Source: the human T2T-CHM13v2.0 reference genome, Homo sapiens
Length of the DNA stretch: 64,000 bases
Reading direction: 5' to 3' (one strand)
Assembly (NCBI RefSeq): GCF_009914755.1
Contig: NC_060925.1
Each line of letters opens with the position of its first letter. Position 1 is the stretch's first letter. The notes under the pieces were generated by a model that saw only the letters and a program-made list of their open reading frames with translations, had not been told where the DNA came from and ran no database searches. Positions 40,919 to 54,358 of the stretch are shown piece after piece. Position numbers and translations under genes: made by a program.

Positions 40919-41680
40919 GACACGTAGCTTGTGAATTTTCAGCCTGTCTTCTTTTTTTTTTTAATTATAAACATTATTTTAAATTTCCCCCAAAGTCCTG
41001 CTTTCCCAGAATCTCAAAAATTTGACATGTAGTGTTGACACTGGGTTTCAGTCCAAAAGTGTGCTGAACTGAGAGGACATATCTAGCTGTTTAGTCTGCC
41101 ACATTCCTGGAATTCAAGCCATCATTGGTCCTTTTAAACATCCCTGTAAAGACCAAGAGAAAAGTGATTATTTAATCTCCTAATTAGAAATTATTTTAAA
41201 ATAATATTTAAATCAGAAAATCTTTTCTCATTATATTTACCAAAATTCTAAAAATAAAATAATTGAATAAGGGCACGGCTTCTTTTGACTCTGTTTAAAA
41301 GGAAAAGGAAGATACCACTTGAAGAAGTCAGGTTTCATCTTATCTCTTCCTTCTAACTCTTCCCTCTGCTGAAGTACACTACAAAGAGAAATAAGTACAA
41401 GAGATGCAAAGAACTTCTTTGACATCACACAATGACGGTTTTTAAATATGGTGCTAAATGTTTAAAGAACCCACTTCTTAAGTTTTTTTTCTAGATGTTG
41501 GCATTGGACACCCACGATTCAAATCAGCGCAACATCTGGAAGTGAAAGTTATGTAGACACCCTGGAGACCTGGATTAATCGCCTTCCCTGCTGCCCCTAC
41601 AATGAATCAGCAGCAACTTCAGGCAATAAAACAGCCCTGCACTGGTGATTTCTCAAGGGTTTAATAATAGTGTGGTACTC

Positions 41681-41739
41681 AAAAAAAAAAAAAAAAAAAA
41701 AAAGAAAAAGAAAAGAAAAGTAAAGGAAAGAAAGAAAAA
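41681..41739 (+). repeat. Poly(A)/(GAAAA)n tract
   Basis: A23 followed by GAAAA/GAAA repeats. Confidence 0.9.
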
Positions 41740-42339
41740 TAGTTTAAAAACTACATGTTGAAAAGCACATTCTGTCATCACTTCACTGTGCTATAAGAAA
41801 ATTAAAATAAAATAAAAGGAATTATATACTTCCAGCCTATAAGGAACTTGTAATTTAATAATGAAGATTAAATAAATAGGTTAATTAATATATGGAAGAA
41901 CAACAATCTACTAAATTGTAGATTTATTCCAACCAACCAAACACACACACATATTTAAGGAGAAAGAATTTATCTAAAAATAAGAGATAAAGAGATTTGT
42001 ATTCTCTCTCTCACACACACACACATACACAAGAGCCAAGCCTAAATGTTCCTCTTGGTGTACCATCGGTATAACACCTTCCCTAACTTTTTAAAGAAAC
42101 GTTTCATCTGAGGACATCTGCATTTGCCTGAAACATATTTTCTGAGCATTTATTTTGCTTATGAAAGTATATAATACAGACTACAAAATAAGTTCTATGA
42201 GTACAGGAATTTTCCTTTGTTTCGTTCACTGTAAGATCCTCAGAGTCTAGAATAGAACCTATATGTACTATATAGTACATACATATAGTACCTATATGTA
42301 TGTAATAGGCCTCAATTCCTTGTTGAATAAATCTAAATG

Positions 42340-42560
42340 GGATTTTTGAGTCAGACAAAGTTATCTTTTACTATTTACCAGTTGCGTGGTTTGGGCAAGT
42401 TACTTATCTAGCCTCAGTCTTATCGCCTGTAAAATGGGAATGAGAACAGCACCATTCTTACAAGTAAGAGGACTAAATAGGGTAACGTGTACCAAACAAT
42501 TAGTACAGCACATGAACAGCAGCAAACAGTTAATAAATGGCATATATCATTCTTATTTAC
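42340..42560 (+). mobile_element. MIR SINE (preceded by an L2 3' end at about 42180-42335)
   Basis: 'tgggcaagttacttatc...gcctcagtcttatcgcctgtaaaatgggaatgaga'. Confidence 0.8.
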
Positions 42561-42679
42561 TATTGTTTATTAACACATCTTCTACTTTAAAACATTTAGT
42601 AGCTTGGTAGATGTCATTATAGGACTTCAAGATTTAAAATACTATATTTCAGAAGTATTTTATAATTCCAATTATTATT

Positions 42680-43250
42680 TGTTAATGGGGCCCTTTCCTC
42701 AAACAAGAAAATTTGTGAATTTGAGTAGTATTGTAAGAGATAAGATACATTGATTGCATAAAACCTATAGTTCTCATTTCACTTATAAAACTGAACTAAA
42801 TGACATTATTGTTTATAATCATATCAGCAATTATATCTTTATACTAACAAAATAAGTGTAATTGTCCCCCAAATTTCTCAGGTGTGATTCTGCATGGCTC
42901 TAAGAAGTCAGATTCTGAAAGTGTGGGCGCAAGAACTAACTTAAACCTTCCAGGGAACAGAAGTGACCAATATTGCCAGTCATGTCCAATTGCACTGTTG
43001 GCATAGAAACACAGAGAGTGATGATGCTGAAAAAAAAGTCAGCACATTTTCAATTCAGATTGACACAATTCAAGAGATAGACATAACTGGCATTTGTTCG
43101 ATAATGTTCAAGTATGTCAAAGAATCTGTGAAAAAAAGTTTGATATCTCCAGTCAGCTTAAAGTCAAGCACTACCCTGGGAAAATATGTTTCAGGCAAAT
43201 GCAGATGTCCTCAGACGAAACGTTTCTTTAAAAAGTTAGGGAAGGTGTTA
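42680..43250 (+). mobile_element. Fossil hAT (Tip100/Zaphod/ZMYM1-like) transposase fragment
   Basis: ORF 42963-43256 contains FSIQIDTIQEIDITGICSIMFKYVKESVKKSLISPVSLKSSTT, matching the hAT first-catalytic-Asp motif FS(I/V)xxD(E/T)TxDxxxxxQxSxxxRYV...ERL...STG. Confidence 0.65.
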
Positions 43251-43849
43251 TACTGATGGTACACCAAGAGGATCATTTAGGCTTGGCTCTTGTGTGTGTG
43301 TATGAGAGAGAGAGAGAATACAAATCTCTTTATCTCTTATTTTTAGATAAATTCTTTCTCCTTAAATATGTGTGTGTGTTTGGTTGGTTGGAATTTGGTC
43401 ATAGGCAGTGTAGGCAATGTAATTACGGAAGTGAGAGCTCTAGTGATATAGTTGAGATGCTAAAAATAGTGAGTCTAACCTTTTCTGGCTGTATTGGTCA
43501 TTTACTACCATGCATATACTTTATCTATAGTCATCTAGGATCTCTGATTGCTTTCTGGGCGCCTCCTTGCTTTTTCTTCTGTGTGCCATCTCTCAAGACG
43601 GTCCTACCACGTAGAACATTCTCTGTCTTTTTGGTTGTTAACATCCTACTTATTCATTGAAATTCATCTCAAATAACATCTTTTTTAGAGCCTTTTCTCA
43701 TTCTACAGCCAAATATAGTTTTTTTCTTATATGAAATACTCTCATATTCACTACTAGATTGTAAGATCCTACATGAGAAATCTCTTCCCATTTACATTTG
43801 TATTTTCTATAGAAACTGACTCAAGACTTTTCATATAAGGTACTCACAT

Positions 43850-44312
43850 TTATGGCTACAATTATTCTTCTCCTCAATTATCCATATCTTTTGCTATGTA
43901 ACTTGGCAGTGACCTCTTGCTATGGGCAGGAAATAATTCTCCACCTCTTGGCTTGGCCATGTGGTGTGCTATGGCCAAAGGCATATTAGTAGATGTGACA
44001 GGAGAAGAGACTTGGAAAGTGCTTGTGTGACTGGCATCCTTGCTTTTGCACTTCTGACATTACTATGAGAGAGTTATTCTCAGGAAGAGGATGAAGAGGA
44101 GAGACATATTGAACAGAGCTGCTCCAGCTAAGATGTTCCAGCCAAGATTTACAGAGTCCCTAGGCCATCCACAGAGATATAAGGAAGCTCGGCAAAGATC
44201 TGTTGAGCTGCAAAGACAGACATATGAGAAATACATTTTTATTTTTTCAGGCTGGTAAGTTTTTGTAGTTCTTTGTTGCACAGCAATTTTGTAACAATAG
44301 CCAATGGATGCA
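43850..44312 (+). mobile_element. MLT1H/I-like MaLR LTR inside an L2 3' end
   Basis: 'ggcttggccatgtgg...tatggccaaaggcatattagtagatgtgac...tttgttgcacagcaattttgtaacaatagccaatggatgca'. Confidence 0.75.
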
Positions 44313-45059
44313 GTACTTAATAAATGTATTTAAGTAAATTGAATTAAAACTATTTTCTAGATTCTAGAATTAAGTATTAAAGGACTAATTTATATACACT
44401 AAAAATGGGAAGCAGTGAGCCATAGGAGACACATGGATTTATTAAATGCATATTATAATGAGACTAACCACATAGAATAAGAGGGTGTTATAGTTCTAGA
44501 AAATGTGAATTTCAGAGAAGATGACCTCGTAGACAATGTGGAGAGATAGGAATGAAATAGTACTTGCTTAGCTGGATTTAGAACTGGTAAATGGACATAT
44601 TCTCAAAGCAGTGGAATGGCAAATGTACGTATGGAAGGAGATTTTTACGTGGCATGTCAGAGTCTCCATCATCTGATTGATTTGCAGTTGTTCAATATTC
44701 TTCCTGAAGTATGAAGCCCAGAGATAAACCCTGTTTGTGAAGGACTCTTTACAGTTTGTGAACTGTAAGCACTAGAGAAATACAAGGTGATGTTGGTGAT
44801 GATGACAGTGATGATGATGGTGATGACTAAGGTTCTTTCCAACTCTGGCTTTCTCAGATTTTATTTCACTACATTGAATTTGAACTTTAAAATTCCTGTT
44901 CTGCCTTTTTATGAGAGTCATATTAAGGTTGGAATTTTTGACATGAATACCATAAGAATAAAATAAAATGACTATAAATGTCAGACAAGAGAACAGACCA
45001 TTTCTCTTTACTCTGAAAGCTAAAACTCTGTTCTCCCTGAAGCTCTACCAATGACCTTA

Positions 45060-45300
45060 TATTTATGAAAAGTATGTTCACCATTGACATCTCATTTAAT
45101 CCCCAACCCAGGCTTGTTAGGTAAATAAGGGTACATATTAGCATTCTCCCTCCCTCTCCCCCAATTCAACAGATGGTACAGTTGTAACACAGACCAGACA
45201 GATTAAGTGATTTTCACCAAGGTCATGCAAGTAGTGAGTAGTAGAGCCAGGATAAGAATTCAGGTCAGCTGCCCTGTGGCATATACTACTAGACCATATT
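45060..45300 (-). mobile_element. MIR SINE
   Basis: 'atctcatttaatccc...gattaagtgattttcaccaaggtcatgcaagtagtgagtagtagagccagga'. Confidence 0.75.
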
Positions 45301-46329
45301 GCCTCCTCAGAAATACAGCCATCAGTCTTGTTCCAAAAATGTAATACAGACTGCAAAAAACCCTTCTAGTCACCATGCTTACCATAACTTTCCTGCAAGC
45401 CGTCATAGGTAGCAGGGTGCCAAGAATCAGGATGCCCGGACTTGGCCCACGGGTAAGATTCAAGTGGTGAAAGGCTTTGACTGCTGAGCTCAGGTGTCTC
45501 TGGGTTGTGAGGCTGCATCTCCTGGACAGAAATGGAGGCAGAACGAAGTGTGCATCTGAATTACTGTCACTTGTTATTGATTTACTGATGGCTTCTAAAA
45601 ATGTCGCATTTGAACTGTCAGTGAATTTGCCGACTGTTGGCACGAGTGATGAAAGCAAGTGTGAACCATAATTGATTAGGCCTCATTTGCTTATCCATAT
45701 TATGCTAATTAGATCTGCAATCTTTCCCTTTGTACCATCACCCAGTGACAGAGTAAATCAGGGTGATTGGGATGCAGATAGGATTAGAGGAAAGAATATA
45801 AGATTGAACAGGCCCCATCTTTTCAGAGAGAAAGTTTATTACTTTAGTATACTTCTTTTTAGAAATAAATCTTTATATGATTCCTTTTTTGGCATTTTCT
45901 CTGGGATGGTTTTATTGCAATGAATTTTAGCTTTCTCAGCCCAGAAGTTGAATTCTCTTTATGTAGCCCCATCCTCTGGCTAGTGACGGTGGTATGGAAT
46001 AGGATCAGACTGAGGAATTATTTGACAAGAAACTAGAACTGCAATATGGATGTTCTGGGAAGATTACGGATAGAACAGGGGAGCCTAGGTTTATTCTCTC
46101 TGACCTCCCACCTGCCCCTAGAAAGTGAAGAGTTTCTCTCATTTCTGAAGATGTTAACTGCATTCCAAAGGCTGAATTATACTGGAGCATGGAACTTTAA
46201 ATAAATTTTTCAGTGCCAACACATGTAGCTTCACCAAAGCACACAGACTCAAGGAGAACTTGATGCCAGGTTAGGAGAATCCATTAATCACCAAACATTT
46301 GTTGAGCACCAGCTAAGTGCCAAATACTG

Positions 46330-46478
46330 GAATATCTCAAAGTATGGTCATTGTTTGTCAGAAATACGTTACCCTATCACCTTCTGAATCAATCTCTGGC
46401 ACTGGCATTTGAGTATCCACATTTTTAACAAGTTCTCCATGTGATTCTAATTTACATAAAAGTGCAAAAACTACTGTA
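46330..46478. mobile_element. MER5A-like MITE
   Basis: 'tctcaaagtatggtc...ctgaatcaatctct...catttttaacaagttctccatgtgattctaat...aaaagtgcaaaaactactg'. Confidence 0.7.
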
Positions 46479-46570
46479 TTAATATCATCCTTTGAGGCAA
46501 AGGGAGTGTAGGATGAAGACTCTAGCTAAAATTAACTTAAAATCTAGCTGGCATAATGATAGTAACAACA

Positions 46571-46909
<339 letters not shown>

Positions 46910-47174
46910 TTAGCATCAGAAAATCTCAGGGAAGGAATACTGAAAAGCATTTAGTCTAACAGTTCTCAAGCAATTTTTACAAATCAAATTTTACAAAGAA
47001 CTAAATAGATAAATGGTTCTGGTTAAAATGGGTAGAGGTACCCACAGCCCTGCCATCTTCGGCATTCTGTTTCTTCGTGGTAGCCTCCAGGAACCTGAGA
47101 GACCTTATGTTTACCCTGGAGGACATCTGGAAAAACAATAAATATGAAGAACAAGTCTAAGCATCAGTAAGCAC

Positions 47175-47960
47175 TGGAAAAAATGCTCAAGTTCACTAGC
47201 AATCATGGAAATGCAAATTAAAATAACAACTTTATACCCTTCACATTGGAGAAAATGTAAATGAGTTGGCTAGATTGTAATGTACAGAGTACTCTTAAAT
47301 ATTGCTTGTGGACATATAAATTATTACAGCATTTTTGGAAAGTTCTGACAATATATATTAAAAGTAAAAATATGCTTATTTTTTGATCTAGCAATCCTAC
47401 TTCTGGGAATTTATCTCACAGAAATAAAAGCACTACAACATACAAGGATGTTTATTGCAGAGTGCTGTCAATTGCTAAAACTGAAATAAACACTCATAAA
47501 CAGAGAAATGAAATTGTAGTCTATCCATACAATGATGTGTAGGCAGTAATCAAACAGGTTAAGGTAGATCATATTTCAAATAGCTTCAATGTATCAGAAA
47601 GTATTTTTAAGTGAGAACAAGTCAATTTTAGTATAAAATTGTATAATTTATACAAATCTTCAATATAGGTATATTTTATTGTGTATGTATATTGTTACAT
47701 GAGCATAATAAAAGTTGAAGTGTTGATAATGTTGTTTATTTTGGGAGATGAAACAGGAAGAAAAAGGAGAGCTAAAAAAAAGCTATTTTAAAAATAAAGT
47801 CTACAACAGAAACATGTGACACGACCCCATCAATGTAAACCATGTGTCTCTCCAGAGTACGAGCAAAGAGTTACACAGAAAGATCCAAAATGATTACTAG
47901 TGGTGGGGTTTCAGTGAGCTTTACTCCTTTAATTATGCTTTAATGTTTATTTTTTTAAAA
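47175..47960 (+). mobile_element. L1ME 3' region
   Basis: 'aaaaatgctcaagttcactagcaatcatggaaatgcaaattaaaa...tctagcaatcctacttctgggaatttatctcacagaaata...aaggatgtttattgcag'. Confidence 0.75.
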
Positions 47961-49085
47961 ACCATAGTAAAGAACAAAACCAAGGTAATTTTTATCAAGG
48001 TTATCATTTTACAAATAAATAATCTAAAGATCTGAAAAATCTGGTTTGCCTCTGGTTAAATAGAAAGTGAATGACAAAGCCTGGAGCAGAACTTTGTTTT
48101 CCACAAGTACTACCGATCAGCATTATTTGCTGCTGCACTAATTTGTTGAATCATTTCCTGGATTAAGATCCTAGGGGCAAGCACCATGTCTTGTATTCCA
48201 GTCCATATTGCCTTTCATATAGTAGGCAGACCCTTTTAAGTGTTTGGTTGAAAATGAGTGAAGCTAATACAGAAAATGATAGCCCATAAGCATGATTTCA
48301 GAAGGTATATTTAAAGAAAAGGTAAAATGAATTTATATCCATTTTGAGTATATTTGTATGGATACTCATTCATAAACCTTCTCATTGGTTTAAAACTGAA
48401 ATAACAAACTTTACTATATCTGTTCAGTTAGCCAAACGTTGTTTCCATGAGATTCAAGAAACTGAGATCTGAGATTATCGTGGAGTCCATTAACCAAACC
48501 ACTCAAATACTAAGATGAGTAGAGGTTTTGAGTGTCAGTCTAACTTAATATCTTATTTTTCCATAAAGTTCTAAATTTGATAGTTGTTTACCATATTATA
48601 TTGTTTCATAAGATTAGAGTTACAAAAGCCACAAAATCTATTTTGTATACTGAGAATATTTGAGAATGGAGCCAATCTTTCTTATTTTAGGAGTCAATTT
48701 TACAGAACGAAGCAACTATTTGAAGTTCTCAAAACAATATTGTCAATTATATTCAAGCTATTGCTTTATCATTGTTTGTTGTTTTTTATCACTGTTATTA
48801 TTAACAAATTAATTAATCAGATAATTAAAATATGTACCTTTCAATTATTTGATTATGATTAGTATAATAAGAGTATACAGCATAGTCAGAATTTAAACCC
48901 TGGGCAGGTAGACTCCAAAACTCCTACTCCTGACTATTCTACTATGTGATAACCTTCTACTATTAATGTCTACGAGTTCAAACCTTAATAAATATAAAAG
49001 TGAATCAACTATGTGGTGATCCAATTGACTTGCCTTGTTATTCTAATCCATGTGGCATTTATATAGGTTCTTGAGTCAGATATTT

Positions 49086-49911
49086 TGTCATGATTAATTT
49101 TATGTATCAACTTGATAGGGTTATGGGGTGCCCAGATATTATTATTTATTACTTATTATTTCTGGGTGTGTTTGTCAGGATGTTTCCAGGTGAGGTTAGT
49201 ATTATTGTATTGTATTGTATTGTATTGTATTGTATTGTATTGTATTGTATTGTATTGTATTGTATTGTATTATATTTTACTTGTGACAGGGCCTCATTCT
49301 GTCACCCAGGCTCACTACAGCCTTGACCACCTGGGTTTAAGCTATCCTCCCACCTCAGCCTCCTGAGAAGCTAGGACCACAGGAATGTACCATCATGCCT
49401 GGCCAGTTTTTGTTTAAAAATTATTTGTAGAGACAAGGTCTCATGTTGCCCAGACTGGCTCAAACTCCTGGGCTCAAGTAATCCTCCAGACTTGGCCACC
49501 AAAATTGCTGGGATTACAGGCATGAACTCTGGGCTAAGATTAGCATTTTAATAGGTGGGCTCAGTAAAGCAGATTGGCCTCCCCAATATGGATGAACATC
49601 ATTCAACTTTTTGAGGGCCTGAATAGAACAAAAGGTGGAGGAAGGAAGAATTCACTACTTCTTGTGCCTGATAAGTGAGCTGGAACATTGGTCTCCTTCT
49701 GCTCTTGGACTGGGATTTATACCATTGGCTTTTCTGGTTCTTAGGCCTTTTGACACAGACTTAATTGCACCACTGGATTTCTACAGCTTCTGCTTGCAAA
49801 TAGCAGATCATTGGATTTGTCAAGTTCCATAATTGCATGAGCCAAATCCTCATTTAAAAAGCCCTTTCTGTATGCGTATTATTGGTCTGCTTTTCGGAAT
49901 ATGCTAATACA
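49086..49911 (+). mobile_element. MLT2 (C/D-like) ERVL solo LTR interrupted by an AluJ
   Basis: TG...CA ends; 'ttaattttatgtatcaacttga', 'gagggcctgaatagaacaaaagg', 'tccataattgcatgagccaa', 'ctaataca'. Confidence 0.88.
49203..49535 (-). mobile_element. AluJ with an (ACAAT)n-converted tail and an internal deletion
   Basis: (TATTG)n at 49203-49271, then antisense Alu; degenerate TSD GAGGTTAGTATT / AAGATTAGCATT. Confidence 0.88.
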
Positions 49912-49929
49912 CAACCATTGATGGAACAC

Positions 49930-50110
49930 TTCCTAGTTCTATGAACCTTCAATCAGTTAATTACCCAAGTCTCAACTTCCTCATTTTTAAAATGGGGATA
50001 ATAATATGACCTCATGGAGTTATTGTGAAGATAAAATCAGATAATAATTGTGAAGTGTTTTGAATGGTATTTGGCACATATTAAGTGCTTAATAAATGTT
50101 AACTCTTCTT
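49930..50110 (+). mobile_element. MIR SINE
   Basis: 'cttcctcatttttaaaatggggataataatatgacctcatggagttattgtgaagat...ggcacatattaagtgcttaataaatgtt'. Confidence 0.85.
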
Positions 50111-50238
50111 ATTAAACACAAAACTTAGATGCTACCCATAATTGTGGCTAATGGGTTTTCTTATGGACAAAGTCCATGCTGTCAGTTAACAATAAGAATA
50201 ACAAATACCACCACCCATGACAGCATCAAGAAATGTCA

Positions 50239-50606
<368 letters not shown>

Positions 50607-52459
50607 CTAGGGGGCCTTAGTTTTGCTGTGATTCACTGTAGCCTATGCAGCAGGCCCACTAACCCATATGGCCTTTAGATGAATTAGAAATGGGCACTCC
50701 TTCTTTTGCCATGGCGTACTGATTTTGTTGGAATAGGAAGCATCACTGACATCTTCCAGAAAGCTGTCATAGTAAATATGCTGCTCTGTGATGTCTAGGA
50801 TGTGGATCATTCCTCCTGAGATGTGGTGTTGTATGTGGAGGCTCTGCCTATCAGCATGGCTTATACAAGCATCAGTTTTTATAGATTGTGAAACAATCTT
50901 TAGAAACCAGTGCATAACATATCCATGAAGTCTTGTTAGAGTATCATGTCAACCTATTTTGCCCAGCAAGACTTTATAACAGGACACATGTTGGGAGAAC
51001 AACAAGAGCACCTATGCTGTAGTCTTTTTACTTAATCATGAAGAAAAATGCTTTAACTAAATTATATTATTTAGTGCCTAATTTACCAAGTATAACCAAA
51101 TCTATAATAAAGTGATAGTCTCATTGAAAAGGATACTGTTATGTTTATTGTTTATTTAACATTTTCCCTTTAGTAAGTATTAAAGGTAACACTGGCTATT
51201 TACAATTTTTAAGCTTTGTAAAAAGTTTGTCCATACAAAGAGTTAATGAATACAACCTGCTAAAACTGCCCAGCCCATAAATATATTTTAAAGTCACTTT
51301 TCCTGTCCCTGCTTCTGATCCAGGCAGTTATGCACCAGGCCTATGCTGGTGCGTAGGCCTAACCTGGTTTAGCTGTAGATTCTTGCAGTTCACAGAATCA
51401 GTACTGTGTGGAGCACTTCTATCTGCCCCAATACCTTACCAGTTCTGCTTTCAAACCTCAAAGACACTGATCTCATTCAATGCTGTTTACTTCAGTTCCT
51501 TATTTGCCTTGTTCTTTGAATTTGGCATGTGCTGCTTTCTACAACAAGGATATTAACTCCTCTAGACAACCAGCCTGATTTTTATTTTCAGAATCACTAT
51601 CAGGGACCATTTAAGTAATCAGTTCCTTATTTGAATTGAGCCTCCAAGGATCTTTCTAACTCAGCTCTCTTCTATTAGATTTTAAGTTATTTGAGGACAT
51701 GGGTTGTGTCACATTCACATCCAGAGCTTATCATGTTCAACAATAAAGATGTCTTGAATGTTGTTGGATTAAATTAGTGTGACTTAGAAGGCTCTCACAA
51801 TATTCCAATAGGGCAAAAGTATAAAATATGAAGTAGCTCAGTATCTATAGAGTATACAAAGGTGACATGCAAACAACAATAGAGGATTGGGTGACAAAAT
51901 GGAGGTTCCAGTCTAAGTGACTGAGAATAGTGGTAGAATGAAAACGACTTTGAGAAATGTTGAAAAAGATGACACGTTTTCAGCTCACTCAGTTATACAT
52001 ATGAGGCAGTCATGTTGGGGTGTAGACCTCACAAACTCACTACCTAAGAGCAACAAACTATGAGGAAGTTTAGAAATGGAAGTCATGTACTCCTAAGTAT
52101 TAATATATACTGCACAAAAGAAAGTAAAATCTTGGCATTCTTTCTTGACCTGAGGGTTGTAAACACATAAATCAAGAAATTCAGAGAGAGAAGTCAGCAG
52201 AAAAATCTACTGGGGTTTGGGGCACAGAGTTTAGTGCTTTGCCTCATGTCAACTCCTCTGAGTCCCTGGTAAGTCTTTCATAGGTACTCAAGGCAAGTTT
52301 CTGTCCTCAGAGCGGGGTGGAATCAATGGAGATGATCCTATCACATTATGGAAATGAATGGCTTCACTTAATGTATGGGGTGTCCTCACAATTTACTCAT
52401 CTGAACTAGAGCAACATCAAGCATTATTTTTCAATCCCTTTTATTAAATGTGCTAGGTC

Positions 52460-52469
52460 TGACTCAGCA
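52460..52469 (+). promoter_or_regulatory. ARE/MARE (NRF2/BACH/NFE2-small Maf) motif
   Basis: Exact TGACTCAGCA in non-repeat DNA; the same 10-mer occurs at 55316-55325 (+) and 40298-40307 (-). Confidence 0.4.
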
Positions 52470-53077
52470 AACTGCAGGACTTGCTGGCCTCTGGACCTGA
52501 CTGATGAGGATAACGTCATTTATTAAGTTGATAGGCACAATGGACCGTGTCTCCATCCCAACCCCCATTTGTTTTTAATCTTATCTAGTCACTGCAAGTA
52601 CATGATTTAAAATCTGGTTACTTAAGAAACAAATTGGAGGAGGTGGTGATTTTAAAGCAGTTCTGAAAATAAAAGCCTTATCAATTTTCTAGTTTTTTTT
52701 CCCACTCTTGTCATTTCCTTCCTTATAAAAGACAGGGTAAATTATTTGGTATGGGAGAAGTTCAATAATGTAGAACAAACTCAAGGTCTGAAGTCAAATG
52801 ATCTGTGTTTAAGTCTCAGTACCAACATAAGGCATTACGTAAAAATCATCTATTTAACCAACCTTAACCAACTTATTGAGCTGTCTTAACCCAGTGCTGG
52901 TTACTACTATCAAGCTCCCACTATTATAGTTTTTTATACTTTATAAAAACTGTAAACTGCTTATGGTTTTTAAGTTTTACACCATTATCTTGGGAGGATC
53001 TTATTGGTTTTTTAAAAAAAATCTTTTTAGAATTTTTAAAGCTTTTGTCTACTCAATTTAAAAACTTGTATTTCATT

Positions 53078-53372
<295 letters not shown>

Positions 53373-53399
53373 AAACTTAGATTTCATAGTAATTTAAAT

Positions 53400-54358
53400 C
53401 CCATCTCCTTCCTTCTGCAGCCTCTTAGAATCAGCCAGGTTTGAGCTTGAGGGGCTGAAGTAGGAAGGGAATGCGGTCTTCTCTAACTTTTTTATGTTCT
53501 TCCAGGCTTTGGAGCATGTCTTGTCTGGAAACCTTGCTCTTCCTTTGCAGGGCTTCACTTCTCTGGTATAAGGACCCAGAAGAAGAACAGTGTGGAAAGG
53601 GCAAACGTTGTGTTTTTGAACCCCTTTGTTGGTTGTCAGTGATCCCCGGGCTGATATTGTCAGATATGGAGTCCTACTGGGGGGAGTACAAGCACATGTG
53701 TGAGTTATTGGTTGGGGCTCATGGAAGAGGAGGCTCCCGCTGCAGAGTTCCCTGAGGTGAGAAAACTGTCTTTGGCCTGATAATCCCAATACTTCAGTTC
53801 TTATGCACAATGACACACTTCACAGCTTCTGGGTTCCCCTCAACTGATGGTGATCAGCCTGCTTGAGCAGGGTGCTGGCAACATTCAGGCAGGCTTCTTT
53901 CCCTGGGATCCATTTGGTCCAAGGGAGAGCCAAAGGGGGCTGCTTTCTGATGTTTTCTTCCCTTTCCCTCTTTTAAGTAGGAGCAAGTCACACCTAACAA
54001 GCCAGCCTTTGAGACATTGAAATGTCTGATCATCTTTCATATAGACATGGCTAATATTTGGAACTTGCTTCATTTGGCTTTTGATAGGGTAAAGAACCCC
54101 TTTTTTTTTCCTTTCTTGGAGAGCAGACAGGGCAAAAGAAAGCCATGTATCTTTTCACCAAGCTGACAGCTTTTGACTCTGCGTTGATCGTTGGTTCTTA
54201 AGAAGCCTTGAGAGTGGTGTTTGTCCCAGTTGTTGGCAGGCTTCTTTGAATATGGGTTATTTGGCATCTCTTAGCTCAATAGTTTGGATCTTATTTGCAA
54301 ATTCCAGAGGAATAGAAAATATCCTCCTTAATGTTCTTTTACATTTAACCTCCATAAG
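53400..54358 (-). pseudogene. Putative long terminal fossil exon
   Basis: Strong acceptor 'acattttttccctttag|CTTATGGAG'; 158-codon frame LMEVKCKRTLRRIFSIPLEFANKIQTIELRDAK*PIFKEACQQLG... with two internal stops; a shifted frame ends ...EALQRKSKVSRQDMLQSLEEHKKVREDRIPFLLQPLKLKPG*. Confidence 0.35.
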
